64,000 bases of DNA, from IMG/VR virus record IMGVR_UViG_3300020577_007013. One strand, 5' to 3'. Positions 8,664 to 19,246 of this stretch are shown piece after piece. Source of the stretch: a virus (taxonomy: Duplodnaviria; Caudoviricetes). The notes under the pieces were generated by a model that saw only the letters and a list, made by a program, of their open reading frames with translations, had not been told where the DNA came from and did not search any database. The position numbers were made by a program, and so were the translations under genes. Numbering within the stretch: the stretch's first letter is position 1; each line of letters starts with the position of its first letter.

Positions 8664-10895
8664 ATGACCTTTGACTTCAACTCCGTAAAAGAGAAGCTTC
8701 TCAATAAGCTCGCAGACTTTAGTAATCTGACCATAACAGTTCTCCGTACTTCAGTTTACGGCACTGTACTCGACGTTGTCTCTTATGCTATTGACAGACT
8801 TGCTTTTTACTTCGAATTCCTCTATCGAGAATCTGTCTGGTCCAAGGCTCAACTTAGAAAGTCGCTTGTTGCTCAGTCAGTCCTTCTCAATTATAAGCCT
8901 AAACGTAGAACAGGGGCCACAGGAACTGTAAGAGTAATAGGTAATCCTAACTATATCGATTACCGTACCATAACACCAACAGCAGTCGCTTATACAGGTG
9001 AACCAGTTCAATTTGACAAATGGGATGTGCTTGCTTCAGAAGATGGTAACACAACAGTCTATGTAACAGAAAGTCAACTCTATGCAGGTACTTACACTAT
9101 CTCTCAAAAGAATCTTAAGAATAAGACTGTTACTCAAGTACCAGGTAACTCAGACTTAGTGAGAATAAATTTAGGAACCCCACATGGTATTCCCATTGGT
9201 CAGTCCTTCTCTATACGTGGCACTAAGAACTACAATGGAGAGTTTCAATCCCTGAATTCACCTTATGCTAATTCCACTACAGTCGTCTTCTCTGCAGCTT
9301 TCCTTACAGAGACTTTTACAAGTTCAGCATTCATTTATACAGGTCACATATACTTAAGAGTCAAGCAAGGTGATCCAAAAGAATTTGAATACACTGCTCA
9401 AGGAAACTCAAATGAGACAATTCAAATTGTAGGTTCTTCCATAGATAATGATGAGATAGAAGTTCTTGAAATTGATCCTGTTACTAGAGCGGTTCTCAAT
9501 ACTTATGAAATCGTTAATGATCTCTACCTTGTCAATAATGACACAACCTATAAATGCTCTTTAAAGAATGCTGATGACTTTGGTTCTATGTACATTCTCT
9601 TCGGAGATGGTATTCGTTCTAGACGTCTCATTGCCAATGAGCGTATCTTAGTCAAGTATGCTGAAACTCAAGGAGCTGACGGTAATATTCCGAATACATC
9701 CATTATAGTAAAGCCTCAGACAACTAAAATGTCAATCTTCGGAAACGTCTCCAATCTAGCATATACTAATGATGAGGAAATCTCTGACGGTGCTGAGATT
9801 GAAACAGTAGAAAGTATAAGAGCCAATGGAAAAAATCTCTTCTTTGCTGGTGAAAGAGCAGACACTAGACAAGATTACAAAGCCATTATCGAGTCACATC
9901 CTTCAGTTCACAAGGCATTAGCATATACAGAAGCAGACTTGAGTAATATCTCTATCACAGGTAATCAGTCGACTGTCTATATATCTGCCATCTCAAAAAG
10001 TGGAAATCAACTTACAGTAAGTGAGCAGACTGACATAAGTCTTAACTATCTTAAGCAAAAGCACTCGCTCACTGACATACCTTCTTGGCAGCCTATTCAG
10101 ATTGTGAATATAAGACCATTCATTGATTGCACTATCAAGCCTCAACCAATCAGTCAAATGAAAGACGAAGTACTGGCAGCATTACAAGCTCACTACGCAA
10201 GCCTTAATACTGACTTTAACCAGTCAGCACACTTCTCAAATATTGGTGCCATTATAGATGATACTGACTCCATTCTTTATCATTACACTAAAGTCTTTCA
10301 TTGTGAGAAGTCTGAAAACTATCTGGCACTTACTCTGGATACAACCAATTATCAGATTGCTCCATCCATATCTTCAGGAGAAGAGTCTGATCCTGCAAAG
10401 CAAATTACTCTTGTTCCTGATCCTTCACTCAAAGTACTTGTCAGAATCAAGAGTAATGGAGTCTGGTATCCAGAGACTTTAGTAGGAGTAGGCGTCAATA
10501 TCGGTCTACAGACTGGATCTATTCAAACAGCATCCTCTACAGACGAGCTCATAACAGCACAAAGTGGTATTGTCTTTGATCCTAACTTTAGTATAGTGAC
10601 AGGCTCAATTAACGGTGACGACATAGTGGCAACCAATGCTAATAAGGTCAACTTCACTATCGGTTATCTTACTTATCAAGGAGAATCGATCTTGACTAAT
10701 CCTGCTTCGCCACTTTATAATTATGTACTCAATCCGATCTCCTCTGATCCTAATGGCATATTGGTCAGAATAATGTACAAAACGAGAAACGGTCTTACAC
10801 CTGCAGGTTTTCTCGACGACATAAGACTGAGTCACTTCTCAGCAATTACTGATATATCAGCTGACGACCTTATCTACAAGCAGATAAATACATAA
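8664..10895 (+). CDS. Baseplate wedge gp6 / baseplate J-like protein
   Basis: FDFNSVK..L, ESVWSKAQLRKSL..LNYKP, FGDG, GADGN, GAEIETVESIR, RADTRQDY motifs. Confidence 0.85.
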   Translation: MTFDFNSVKEKLLNKLADFSNLTITVLRTSVYGTVLDVVSYAIDRLAFYFEFLYRESVWSKAQLRKSLVAQSVLLNYKPKRRTGATGTVRVIGNPNYIDYRTITPTAVAYTGEPVQFDKWDVLASEDGNTTVYVTESQLYAGTYTISQKNLKNKTVTQVPGNSDLVRINLGTPHGIPIGQSFSIRGTKNYNGEFQSLNSPYANSTTVVFSAAFLTETFTSSAFIYTGHIYLRVKQGDPKEFEYTAQGNSNETIQIVGSSIDNDEIEVLEIDPVTRAVLNTYEIVNDLYLVNNDTTYKCSLKNADDFGSMYILFGDGIRSRRLIANERILVKYAETQGADGNIPNTSIIVKPQTTKMSIFGNVSNLAYTNDEEISDGAEIETVESIRANGKNLFFAGERADTRQDYKAIIESHPSVHKALAYTEADLSNISITGNQSTVYISAISKSGNQLTVSEQTDISLNYLKQKHSLTDIPSWQPIQIVNIRPFIDCTIKPQPISQMKDEVLAALQAHYASLNTDFNQSAHFSNIGAIIDDTDSILYHYTKVFHCEKSENYLALTLDTTNYQIAPSISSGEESDPAKQITLVPDPSLKVLVRIKSNGVWYPETLVGVGVNIGLQTGSIQTASSTDELITAQSGIVFDPNFSIVTGSINGDDIVATNANKVNFTIGYLTYQGESILTNPASPLYNYVLNPISSDPNGILVRIMYKTRNGLTPAGFLDDIRLSHFSAITDISADDLIYKQINT

Positions 10896-10907
10896 GGAAC
10901 TTACGGA

Positions 10908-12110
10908 ATGATCGACTTACGTAAACTACTTCCTTCAAATCAAAGAGGAACAGCCTCTGAAGATCTTGTCAAAGCAACTCAACAAGTCCTTCAAGATTTT
11001 CTAACAGAGAATGAAAATAGGCTAAGAGGGTCTGCAAACCTTTCTTATATGAGCCAACAAGAAGCGATCAACTATATAGAGCGCTTCGGTTACAATCTAT
11101 TTCCTGGTGATGGGTACACCTCCACTCCAGAATATTACTTAAAAGAAGTCGAAAATCTAATAAAGAGACTTAAGTCTAAGACAGCCAATCCGTCCTATCA
11201 ATACATCATGTCTGTCTACAATCTCAAAGGTTATACATACCCATTGCTTGTAGACTCAGATGATTTACTTGAGCCTTGGCTTGATTGGTTATCATTTGCA
11301 TACTTGGACGAGACTGAAGCATTTCATTTAGATGAAGGTTATCTTGATGACGGTACTAATCCAGTATTCCCTATAGATCCTGCTCGTGAATTAGACGAAG
11401 ACGTTGACAATTTAGGAGTTCCTATTCCTACTGTTCAAGGACCACTTAACTTAGATGATCCGTCAGCTGTATATGGTACTCTCGTCAGACATATTCTTGT
11501 CTCCTATGAACCTATTGCTAAGGTATCGAACGGAATGCAAGTATTAGAACTTAGTAATCAGGTCATGAGAACCGAGACAGCTAAATCATTCTATGAGAAT
11601 GTAATTCAATTTAAGCGACTTGTAGAAGTAGCTCACTTTGAATATAGACTGAAAGTAAAGGTGACAACAGCTGGAACTACTCTTCTATCTGATTACATAA
11701 CAGAAACAGGAGATCTCTGGACCAATCCTCAAATAGCAAGACTCTTTACAGGACGAGATCTTATCAACATAGCTAAGGTTCAGTTCGGAACAGGTGCACA
11801 GACCCAAACGAACATTACAGCTGAGACTATTACTGGATGTGCAATTCCAGTAGACACTTCCCCTTACGGAGTACCTACTGACGGAGGTCCTAATTTCAGA
11901 TCAGATAAATTAGACTATAACAAAGTGACTCAGACGTCACTCCAATGTGCATTCAGAAATTATATAGGTCCTTCAATGAGATGGTTTAACTTTACTGAGA
12001 TCTGCCTATTCGATTCTAGCAACAACGTGATCGCATACGCTACCTTTCCTCAAGTTGTTTTTCATCCTAGCATGTTCAGTTCAATTTATGTAGAGGTTAA
12101 CAAACAATAA
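10908..12110 (+). CDS. Baseplate wedge (gp7 / P2 gpI-like) protein
   Basis: Follows gp6; C-terminal TEICLFD...IAYATFP motif common in phage tail/baseplate proteins. Confidence 0.55.
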   Translation: MIDLRKLLPSNQRGTASEDLVKATQQVLQDFLTENENRLRGSANLSYMSQQEAINYIERFGYNLFPGDGYTSTPEYYLKEVENLIKRLKSKTANPSYQYIMSVYNLKGYTYPLLVDSDDLLEPWLDWLSFAYLDETEAFHLDEGYLDDGTNPVFPIDPARELDEDVDNLGVPIPTVQGPLNLDDPSAVYGTLVRHILVSYEPIAKVSNGMQVLELSNQVMRTETAKSFYENVIQFKRLVEVAHFEYRLKVKVTTAGTTLLSDYITETGDLWTNPQIARLFTGRDLINIAKVQFGTGAQTQTNITAETITGCAIPVDTSPYGVPTDGGPNFRSDKLDYNKVTQTSLQCAFRNYIGPSMRWFNFTEICLFDSSNNVIAYATFPQVVFHPSMFSSIYVEVNKQ

Positions 12111-12388
12111 TGGATCAAACATCGGACAGTTTCAAAGAAGCTTGTGAAAAGAAATTTAGAGTAGGAGCAGTAGCCTTCTTGACCAAAAGAAGGCTTGACG
12201 AGTGGAACAAACTCGACAAACCGACTACCATAGAAGAAGCTGAAGTACGAGACGCAAGCCCACTCATTATAGAAGCAGTCTACGGTTTGGAAAGAGGAGA
12301 GACGTCATTTCCGAGCATTACCTTAGCTAGAGGCCCTTCCTTCATATTAGATGAAGATGACTTAGAAAATATTGAAGTCACCGACTGA
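12110..12388 (+). CDS. Hypothetical protein
   Basis: ORF coupled (TAATG) to the previous gene. Confidence 0.5.
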   Translation: MDQTSDSFKEACEKKFRVGAVAFLTKRRLDEWNKLDKPTTIEEAEVRDASPLIIEAVYGLERGETSFPSITLARGPSFILDEDDLENIEVTD

Positions 12389-12427
12389 CGAAGTTCGTAA
12401 TTAACGAACCCGTAACTAATAACATAG

Positions 12428-12997
12428 ATGCCAGCATTTCCTACAAACTTAGGATCTCAGATCCTTACATTTAGATTCAAACAAAAAATTAAAGGTAGAG
12501 AGTTTAACCGTCTTCTTAGAGGTGGTATCGAAGCTGGAGTAGCAACTGGTTTCGCTCTTACTCCTTCTGGTGGTGGTTCACCTTACAATGTGGTCGTAGG
12601 TCAAGGTACACTTTACGTTAAAGCTACAGATGCCTCGAATGATAAACTAATGCGACTTCAGACACAGTCAGCAATCACAATACCTATTGGTGGTCCTCTA
12701 CCTCATATTGAATACAATGTTATGTGTCAATTTGGTTGGTATGACCTCCTAGTCAACTACTGCGAAGTCTTTGTCTCTACGTCTGCCCCTACATCTGATC
12801 AAGTACTTTTAGGAAAGGTCTCTTTTGTTGCTGGCGGTGCTTCATTCCATAGCGGCTATCCAAGATCAAGTCACATAGCAAAAACCTGGACTGCAACCAA
12901 AGCAAATTACTTAGGAGATCCTTCGACATTAGTACAAAATCAATCATCGACATTGGTAGATGCTATAAACGGTCTAGCTGACGGTGGAACTTACTAG
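12428..12997 (+). CDS. Tail/baseplate structural protein (fibre-proximal)
   Basis: GVATGFALTP...VVVGQG beta-rich pattern; precedes the fibre gene; ACTAA motif upstream. Confidence 0.5.
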   Translation: MPAFPTNLGSQILTFRFKQKIKGREFNRLLRGGIEAGVATGFALTPSGGGSPYNVVVGQGTLYVKATDASNDKLMRLQTQSAITIPIGGPLPHIEYNVMCQFGWYDLLVNYCEVFVSTSAPTSDQVLLGKVSFVAGGASFHSGYPRSSHIAKTWTATKANYLGDPSTLVQNQSSTLVDAINGLADGGTY

Positions 12998-13006
12998 GAA
13001 ACAACA

Positions 13007-15925
13007 ATGAACATATTCAAACTTTTTAGAAAATCATCTGGAACAGGAGCTCCTCCTACATCGGCTACAGGAACTGCTGATCTTTGGATCAATAGCCCTA
13101 TCATTGAGAATCTTACTGGAGTCGTAGCTACCACAAAGCTCTTCAAAGGCTGCTTAGTTGCAGGGACTGGTATTCCTGTAGGTAGTAGAGTAATCGACAT
13201 ATTAAATGCTACAACTGTTGTCATCGATAACAATGTAACAGCAACAGGAGCTGCGGTCTCTGTAACTTTTTCTGAGCTCTTTCCTTATGGAGCTTTAGCT
13301 ACTGACGGTACAAACCTCTATTACGGTTCACAGAGTAATGTACCTATCAAAACAGTTGCTGGTTCTGGTGTTATAGCAGAGACTATTGACGGACTCAAGA
13401 CCTTCTTGACAAGAGTAAAGTCAGGATCACTGACGCTTAATGATACACCACCTATTGACAACAACGACTTGACAAGAAAAGACTTCGTTGAAAATATTAT
13501 TGCCAACTCTACTAGACAATTTATCATTGAAGGTAGAAAAGGTCAAGTGTACTCAGACTTCATAGAACTCGGAACAGGACTGACTGCTACAGCTAAAGCT
13601 TCTACAGGATTCCCGCTCACTGTATCAGCTGCTAATGGTCAAACTGCTCCAAGAGATTATATCAGCAGATCAATAGCTGACATCCCATTTACAGGTCTTA
13701 CTGACCATGCAGAAAATTTTCTCTTACTTGAAAGGAACGGTCTAACCGGAACATTCGAACCTAAGTCTACAATACTCGCTCCCATTTATGATGAGCTTAG
13801 AAGCGGCTCTGATAGAGAAGGTAAGGTCTATATTGCAGGTGATACTGGAACTGTAGGTACTACCTTCTTTCCGAATGCTTATAATAATAATGTAGAAGAA
13901 GGGGTTACTCAGAACTTCAACGTCACTTTACAAGCGAATCCAATTGTAAGTGGAACGGTCTCATTGAGGTTTGATAATACCCTGACTCCTAAGCCTTTTA
14001 TCGCTACCCCATTTCAAAGGATGTCTGCACTTAAAGGTGATTGTGAATATAATCAATGGACAATTGGTGTATTCTTCAATTTAGATGACCCGACCACGAA
14101 TGCTACAGGGTTGCATACAATCTTCAAATATTCAGATCTACATGTTTATGTTGATCCGGCAGATCAGCTTATTAAAGTTAATACAGCAATTAATCAAGGG
14201 ATAACTTCCATCCCGATATATAATCCAGTCATAACTGCTGGAACTTATACAATACCTGGAAATGGAAATCCACTTGGTCTAGGAATCACCGGTCCTGGTG
14301 GTCAAATTTTAGCAGGTAACAACTATCATTTAGCTATTCAATATGACGGAGTCTATATTGTGGTCTTCCTCAATGGAATCATTTGCGGTGTATTCTCTTA
14401 TATTGATCAAGGTTCTACAACGACTTATGAACAAATAGTTTATTATGCTGGAAAGAGCTGGACCTCAAACTATGACACAAGATTATTCTTAGGTTCAACA
14501 GATGGGACTAATGATGTAGCTAAAGGAAATTTCCAACATTGGGTGGTAGATCCATATCCAAGGTATAGACCTTACGCAGACACACTCCCCCCCACAATTC
14601 TCAATCAGTCATTTATTCCCACAATTGCGACTTGTACCGCTGATACCGTCAGAACAGATCGTAACATAGTACCTAGACTTCTTAGTAACTCAGGAATTAT
14701 GTTCAATTTTGAAGGTGCAAATCATGAAACAAGAGTCGAGGATTATTACGGAAATAAAATGATGCTACTAGGAGCTGATTATTATTCTTACATCAGCACA
14801 GCACAATCTAAATTCGGAAGCTCTAGTTTGAGATTCTCTGGTAATGACGGAGTCAGTGGAGCTGCAAAGTTTAAATCAAATAACTTGTTAGCATATCTGT
14901 CTAATTGGACACTTGAATTTTGGATCAGACCTGATTCAGGTTCAGCTTCTGCAATTGAGTTTGTTCTTAAAACTGAAGTCTTAAGTGTTGTCAACCCATC
15001 TATGAGTCTGACTTGGTATCCTGAGACTACAGGAACTCCTAGAAAGTTTGCGGTTGATATGTATGACCAATCGAATGTTCACTTCTTTTCTTGGACATCT
15101 GTGAATGACGTGACTGAAGACACTTGGAATCATATCGCAATCACTTATGATGGAGATGTTCACAGGTTCTTCGTAAACGGTAATCTTGAGACTTCGAATG
15201 CTCCTGGATCAGGTTCAGTTGTCAAAAACTTTGATTGGTTCTTTTTAGGAACTGAGACTTTTGCCGGTCCATCACAAAAGTTTAAAGGATATATTGATGA
15301 CTTCTGTTTTCTTCCTGTATGCAAATACAAGACTGCATTCCTTAATCCCACATCCCCTAATGTGCCACTTGACTATGGTGCAACTATACCAGCTGGTTCT
15401 ACAAATGTTCCAGGTACCTACCAATATTATTATGACATACAGACAGCTAAGATGTACAAAGGATATAATGGAAATTATTCTCAGACTAATGCCGTCTTCA
15501 TTGGAGAGGTACTTTGTACAAGTGGTCAATCTAGACAGACTCTCTCCTATACTGTTGGAACGAAGCTTCGAACTGAGAAGTACAATGACTACGTGGATAT
15601 GAATAATACTATGCAGTTCTACCATAACTTCGGTACCAATAAGGTGACAGGTAAATTAAAATACAAAGGAAGGAGACAGAACACTTCAGCTGCTGGCTCT
15701 GAAAGTGAGATAGGTTGGACTAATAGAGCGGCAACAGGTATTTCAGCACTGTGGTATTATACCGACAACATTTATAGGAATGCTTCATTACATAGAACCG
15801 GCAATGATGCTACTGCTGGAGCCTACAACTTTCACTCACCGATAGGAGCTGGTATCGGATCTACTTCAACTCTTTCAGGTCAGAATACGTCAGGAATATT
15901 TGTAGAATTTGAAAGGAACTTCTAA
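13007..15925 (+). CDS. Tail fibre / receptor-binding protein with two LamG (ConA-like) domains
   Basis: WTIGVFF...YHLAIQYDG..VFLNG and KFGSSSL...WTLEFWIRP...WNHIAITYDG..RFFVNG...FKGYIDDF. Confidence 0.8.
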   Translation: MNIFKLFRKSSGTGAPPTSATGTADLWINSPIIENLTGVVATTKLFKGCLVAGTGIPVGSRVIDILNATTVVIDNNVTATGAAVSVTFSELFPYGALATDGTNLYYGSQSNVPIKTVAGSGVIAETIDGLKTFLTRVKSGSLTLNDTPPIDNNDLTRKDFVENIIANSTRQFIIEGRKGQVYSDFIELGTGLTATAKASTGFPLTVSAANGQTAPRDYISRSIADIPFTGLTDHAENFLLLERNGLTGTFEPKSTILAPIYDELRSGSDREGKVYIAGDTGTVGTTFFPNAYNNNVEEGVTQNFNVTLQANPIVSGTVSLRFDNTLTPKPFIATPFQRMSALKGDCEYNQWTIGVFFNLDDPTTNATGLHTIFKYSDLHVYVDPADQLIKVNTAINQGITSIPIYNPVITAGTYTIPGNGNPLGLGITGPGGQILAGNNYHLAIQYDGVYIVVFLNGIICGVFSYIDQGSTTTYEQIVYYAGKSWTSNYDTRLFLGSTDGTNDVAKGNFQHWVVDPYPRYRPYADTLPPTILNQSFIPTIATCTADTVRTDRNIVPRLLSNSGIMFNFEGANHETRVEDYYGNKMMLLGADYYSYISTAQSKFGSSSLRFSGNDGVSGAAKFKSNNLLAYLSNWTLEFWIRPDSGSASAIEFVLKTEVLSVVNPSMSLTWYPETTGTPRKFAVDMYDQSNVHFFSWTSVNDVTEDTWNHIAITYDGDVHRFFVNGNLETSNAPGSGSVVKNFDWFFLGTETFAGPSQKFKGYIDDFCFLPVCKYKTAFLNPTSPNVPLDYGATIPAGSTNVPGTYQYYYDIQTAKMYKGYNGNYSQTNAVFIGEVLCTSGQSRQTLSYTVGTKLRTEKYNDYVDMNNTMQFYHNFGTNKVTGKLKYKGRRQNTSAAGSESEIGWTNRAATGISALWYYTDNIYRNASLHRTGNDATAGAYNFHSPIGAGIGSTSTLSGQNTSGIFVEFERNF

Positions 15926-15937
15926 TAGGAATACAAC

Positions 15938-16549
15938 ATGGCGACATTAGTGACACCCACACCAATTGAAACTCGACTTGCGACTCTAGGTCTCAATGAA
16001 CAAGGTGAACCCACAATATTCAATCCTAGATATAAGGTCTATCCTAAGCCAGGAGAAGACTATCAACTTAAAGCTGACTGGAAAGCCAAAGCTCCTGACG
16101 TATGGGAACGAAGTGTTGCAAAAATTAAAAATAGGTTGCTTACAAAACTGTTCGACTTAACTGATAAGAGGATCTCTGAAATTATGTCTCTCTATCCTAA
16201 GTATGAACCGGACACTTGGAAAGAGAAGGCCGACTTAGCAGAAAAGTGGCTTGCAGCTTCCGACAAAACGACTCTTCTGACTGACGTATCATTCGTATTG
16301 ATCTTCACTGAAGCAGTAGGTAAGGTACAGCCCGTCGTAAACGACGTCCCTGAAATCACAAGCCTCTGTACAAAGATTCACATAAATAGGTTGATATTTG
16401 GAGCTTACGTAGGTTGCGTTCTTAAGTATAAGACGGGACTACAGAATGCTATACAGCAAAACAACAATGCCGAAAGCTTGCTAGCTCTCGACATCTCCAT
16501 TCCAGTTTCTTTATCTCAAGTCGCTTCTTGGGTTCAGGCGTTACTCTAG
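15938..16549 (+). CDS. Tail fibre assembly chaperone candidate
   Basis: Directly downstream of the fibre gene; YP.YE..TW..K...A..W helical pattern. Confidence 0.5.
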   Translation: MATLVTPTPIETRLATLGLNEQGEPTIFNPRYKVYPKPGEDYQLKADWKAKAPDVWERSVAKIKNRLLTKLFDLTDKRISEIMSLYPKYEPDTWKEKADLAEKWLAASDKTTLLTDVSFVLIFTEAVGKVQPVVNDVPEITSLCTKIHINRLIFGAYVGCVLKYKTGLQNAIQQNNNAESLLALDISIPVSLSQVASWVQALL

Positions 16550-16643
16550 GCTCTGCTGTGACATAAGTCGCTGCTCCCCCCACTATATTATACCTCCCTT
16601 ATCAAAGTCTCTCACAGATTTCCTGACCTAGAGAATCCCTTAA

Positions 16644-17024
16644 TTGTTCGCTGGTCTGCCTTCTACCTCAGACCCTAATCTAATTGCCAGATATCTAGAA
16701 AGCGACATAGATGCTATACTCTCCTACCATAGATTAGAACCTAAACGTTTTATGGTGAAGCTAACAAAGTCATCAGACGGCTTCGTGATAGATGGTGTCA
16801 ATTATTATACCATGCTTCTACTTCAAGGTCTGTACGTGGAGCAGAAGTACTCTACAGGTGATGTGGTCTTCGGTAATGGAGCTTATTACTCCTGTCAGTA
16901 TGGATTTATGAAGGATCCTGTCTATAGTGGTCAGTACATAGTAGCAAAGCAACTCTTCGTAAGACAGAGCCAAATGCTAGTAGATTACAAACAAAAAGTA
17001 GTAGCGACCATAGGTTTAATATAG
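16644..17024 (+). CDS. Family A (YxxLLLxG) paralog with C-terminal tag DYKQKVVATI
   Basis: YYTMLLLQG core; start uncertain. Confidence 0.5.
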   Translation: MFAGLPSTSDPNLIARYLESDIDAILSYHRLEPKRFMVKLTKSSDGFVIDGVNYYTMLLLQGLYVEQKYSTGDVVFGNGAYYSCQYGFMKDPVYSGQYIVAKQLFVRQSQMLVDYKQKVVATIGLI

Positions 17025-17337
17025 ATGAATATGGAATTTTTCTGGGCTAGACTACTATTCATTCTCTCGATTGCTTCATTTATATTAGGCATTACGGTCT
17101 TCAGGAAACACTTTAACAAGTTGCTTTACTTGCAGTTCGGGCTTCTCATTGCTGGATTTCTTATACTTTTTCTGTATTACTAATATGAAACTGTTCTACA
17201 TCAATTGGATTAGAAGACCTTACCAGAGTCTAATATTCTGGCTGAAGTGGAAAAAGAAGTGGAAGGCCGACCAAATGAAGGGGCCATTCCCGTATAAAAT
17301 CACAAAAGAAGACCTCCATAGCAGAAATAGAAAAACA

Positions 17338-17610
17338 ACGTCGGGAGACGTCGGGAGACGTCAGGCTCGGTCCAGGCACAGACCGCCGACAGAGCACTAT
17401 ATGACAAGGTCACTGCTCGGGTTCTTATATATAATGACCTACCCCGTACCTAGCTCCCTGCCACTAGGGCCCCTGTCTACCGGCTGGATCACTGGCCGGT
17501 TCACTGGCCGGGTCTCAGGTCCAGTCTCCTACGTACGAGATACCTACGGTCCGGACTCCGGTCCAATCCCAGCCGAAACCACTGGGTGTGTGGAGAGAGA
17601 TTGCTAGCAT
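17338..17610. repeat. GC-rich block with short direct repeats (ACGTCGGGAG x2 + ACGTC; TCACTGGCCGG x2) around an AT island (TTCTTATATATAAT)
   Basis: Seen directly; composition contrasts sharply with the AT-rich flanks. Confidence 0.6.
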
Positions 17611-17969
17611 CTACTTGCCTGGCATCAGCCTGCCTGTTCCTATCATCAGCTGCTTTGATGGCCATGTTCTTTGTTAAAGACAGGCACCATTTCGAGTTGC
17701 TTATGTTTCAATTGCTCGTTTCTGTGGTTGCTATAGTGGGGTATTTGTGGTAGGACCAACAGTGGTAAAGACTTTCAGTAAACAGGTGTTAACGTATGTT
17801 GAATAAACTATTCATGCTAATCGGATTTCTCGTATGCTTAGGAGTCTCATTCTTCTTGGGCTTCAGACATGGGATTTCATCGGACAAGTGTGAGATCATA
17901 ATTCCTTTGTCCATTAAGTGAGTGCCTAAGTAAAAGTCGCTTATCATAAGGTTCAATTATACCTAATGC

Positions 17970-18209
17970 ATGAAAAGGGCTTTACTCTTATTACTGCTGA
18001 TCTCCTGTAATTCAGAACCTAAGAGACATGAACCGGTTTATGTGATCGGTAACATTCAGCTTAGGTGTTATCAGAAAGTAGGAACCAACTATTGCTTCTG
18101 TTGCCATGCTTGGAGAGACGGATGCCAAAATGCTAAAGCAACTTCATTTGAATTTGTTAGCTGTGATTATCCTGAAGCATTTAAGATTCAGTTACGACAA
18201 GTTCCGTGA
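17970..18209 (+). CDS. Small Cys-rich lipoprotein
   Basis: MKRALLLLLLISC lipobox-type signal. Confidence 0.55.
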   Translation: MKRALLLLLLISCNSEPKRHEPVYVIGNIQLRCYQKVGTNYCFCCHAWRDGCQNAKATSFEFVSCDYPEAFKIQLRQVP

Positions 18210-18424
18210 AGATACTCAACAAAGAAGAACGTACTGGACAAGAGTCGCTTTATTCGGAGTCCTATGTTGTGGACTTTAGGGAGAGGAGGTCAGACGGTAC
18301 TTGGAAACGAGTGTCTAAGACCTATTACTCTACCAAGAAAGGGGCTCATAAACAAGTCGCTAAACGATTTGAAAGAGACTTCCAATTTGAGAAGGCTGTA
18401 TTAGATAAGGTAACATATCAATAA
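18206..18424 (+). CDS. Hypothetical protein
   Basis: ORF with GTGA overlap. Confidence 0.5.
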   Translation: MKILNKEERTGQESLYSESYVVDFRERRSDGTWKRVSKTYYSTKKGAHKQVAKRFERDFQFEKAVLDKVTYQ

Positions 18425-18434
18425 GGATAATATA

Positions 18435-18827
18435 ATGGAAAACACTAAAGTCTATCTTGCTGGTGGTCTTAAATCAAATTGGCAAGATAAAGTCATAGAC
18501 AGATTAAAGGGACGAGCGATTTTCTTTGATCCTAGACAACACGGTCTCGAGTCTGATGAAAAGCAGTTCACAGTCTGGGACTTACATCATGTGAAGAACA
18601 GCAACCTGCTTTTCGTGTACATTGAAAAAGATTGTCCGTCTTTCTACGGAGCTTCTTTAGAGATAGGATATGCTAAAGCATTAGGAAAGACCATAATATT
18701 AGTGGATGAGAAATCAGAGTCTGACACTCTTTTTGCAAGACAATTCAGAATGATCTTAGCTTCTGTAGATATCAAGGTCGGACTTTTAGAAGAAGGCATT
18801 CAAATATTGAAGAAGTTCTTAACATGA
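18435..18827 (+). CDS. Nucleoside 2-deoxyribosyltransferase-like protein
   Basis: KVYLAGG...WQ...FFDPR...WDL..V...GASLEIGYAKALGKTIILVD. Confidence 0.75.
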   Translation: MENTKVYLAGGLKSNWQDKVIDRLKGRAIFFDPRQHGLESDEKQFTVWDLHHVKNSNLLFVYIEKDCPSFYGASLEIGYAKALGKTIILVDEKSESDTLFARQFRMILASVDIKVGLLEEGIQILKKFLT

Positions 18828-19246
18828 AGCTTCAAATTGAAAGCGACTTCCAGCATAAGAGTCTACACTGTTTGGTAATACCTTATGAATTGGGTCATAG
18901 ATGTGGATATGTAGGAGTACCACACAATTTAGGTGATGCTTACGATCTAGGTTTGGATGTACATGGTGGAGTTACCTTCGAAGGGAGTCTGCTGAAAAAT
19001 GGGCTTTACTATTATGGCTTTGACTGTGCACATAGTGGTGACGGAAAGGATCTCAGTCTGTTGACAGACGAAATGAGAAAGGTTTATGAAGGACTTAATC
19101 TCGGTTATCAAGGAGTCCTCGGACAAGGAGTCGTCAGAACCAAGGAATATGTCGAAAACCAATGTATGTATCTTGCAGATCAGTTGGTAAAACTCGTCAA
19201 AGTGTCTCAATATAAAAAGCAACTTGTAGAAGAGGTATTGAATTGA
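18824..19246 (+). CDS. Conserved phage protein (CGYV...VHGGVTF...GFDCAH) with C-terminal tag QYKKQLVEEVL
   Basis: Motifs seen in the translation. Confidence 0.6.
   Translation: MKLQIESDFQHKSLHCLVIPYELGHRCGYVGVPHNLGDAYDLGLDVHGGVTFEGSLLKNGLYYYGFDCAHSGDGKDLSLLTDEMRKVYEGLNLGYQGVLGQGVVRTKEYVENQCMYLADQLVKLVKVSQYKKQLVEEVLN

Noticed and set aside
883-15625. Numerous 60-120 aa antisense/alternate-frame ORFs within tail genes
   Set aside because: Fully nested in long, motif-bearing genes; no start signals; typical shadow ORFs
13007-16549. Diversity-generating retroelement or invertible tail-fibre cassette
   Set aside because: No reverse transcriptase, recombinase or duplicated template/variable repeat seen in the window
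17338-17520. Short direct repeats as a CRISPR array or tRNA
   Set aside because: Repeats are only 10-11 bp, adjacent, without spacers; no cloverleaf or T-loop consensus seen
17149-17607. 152-aa ORF as a genuine full-length protein
   Set aside because: Its C-terminal half is the GC-rich repeat block translated (Pro/Gly/Arg-rich); at most the part from ATG 17185 looks coding
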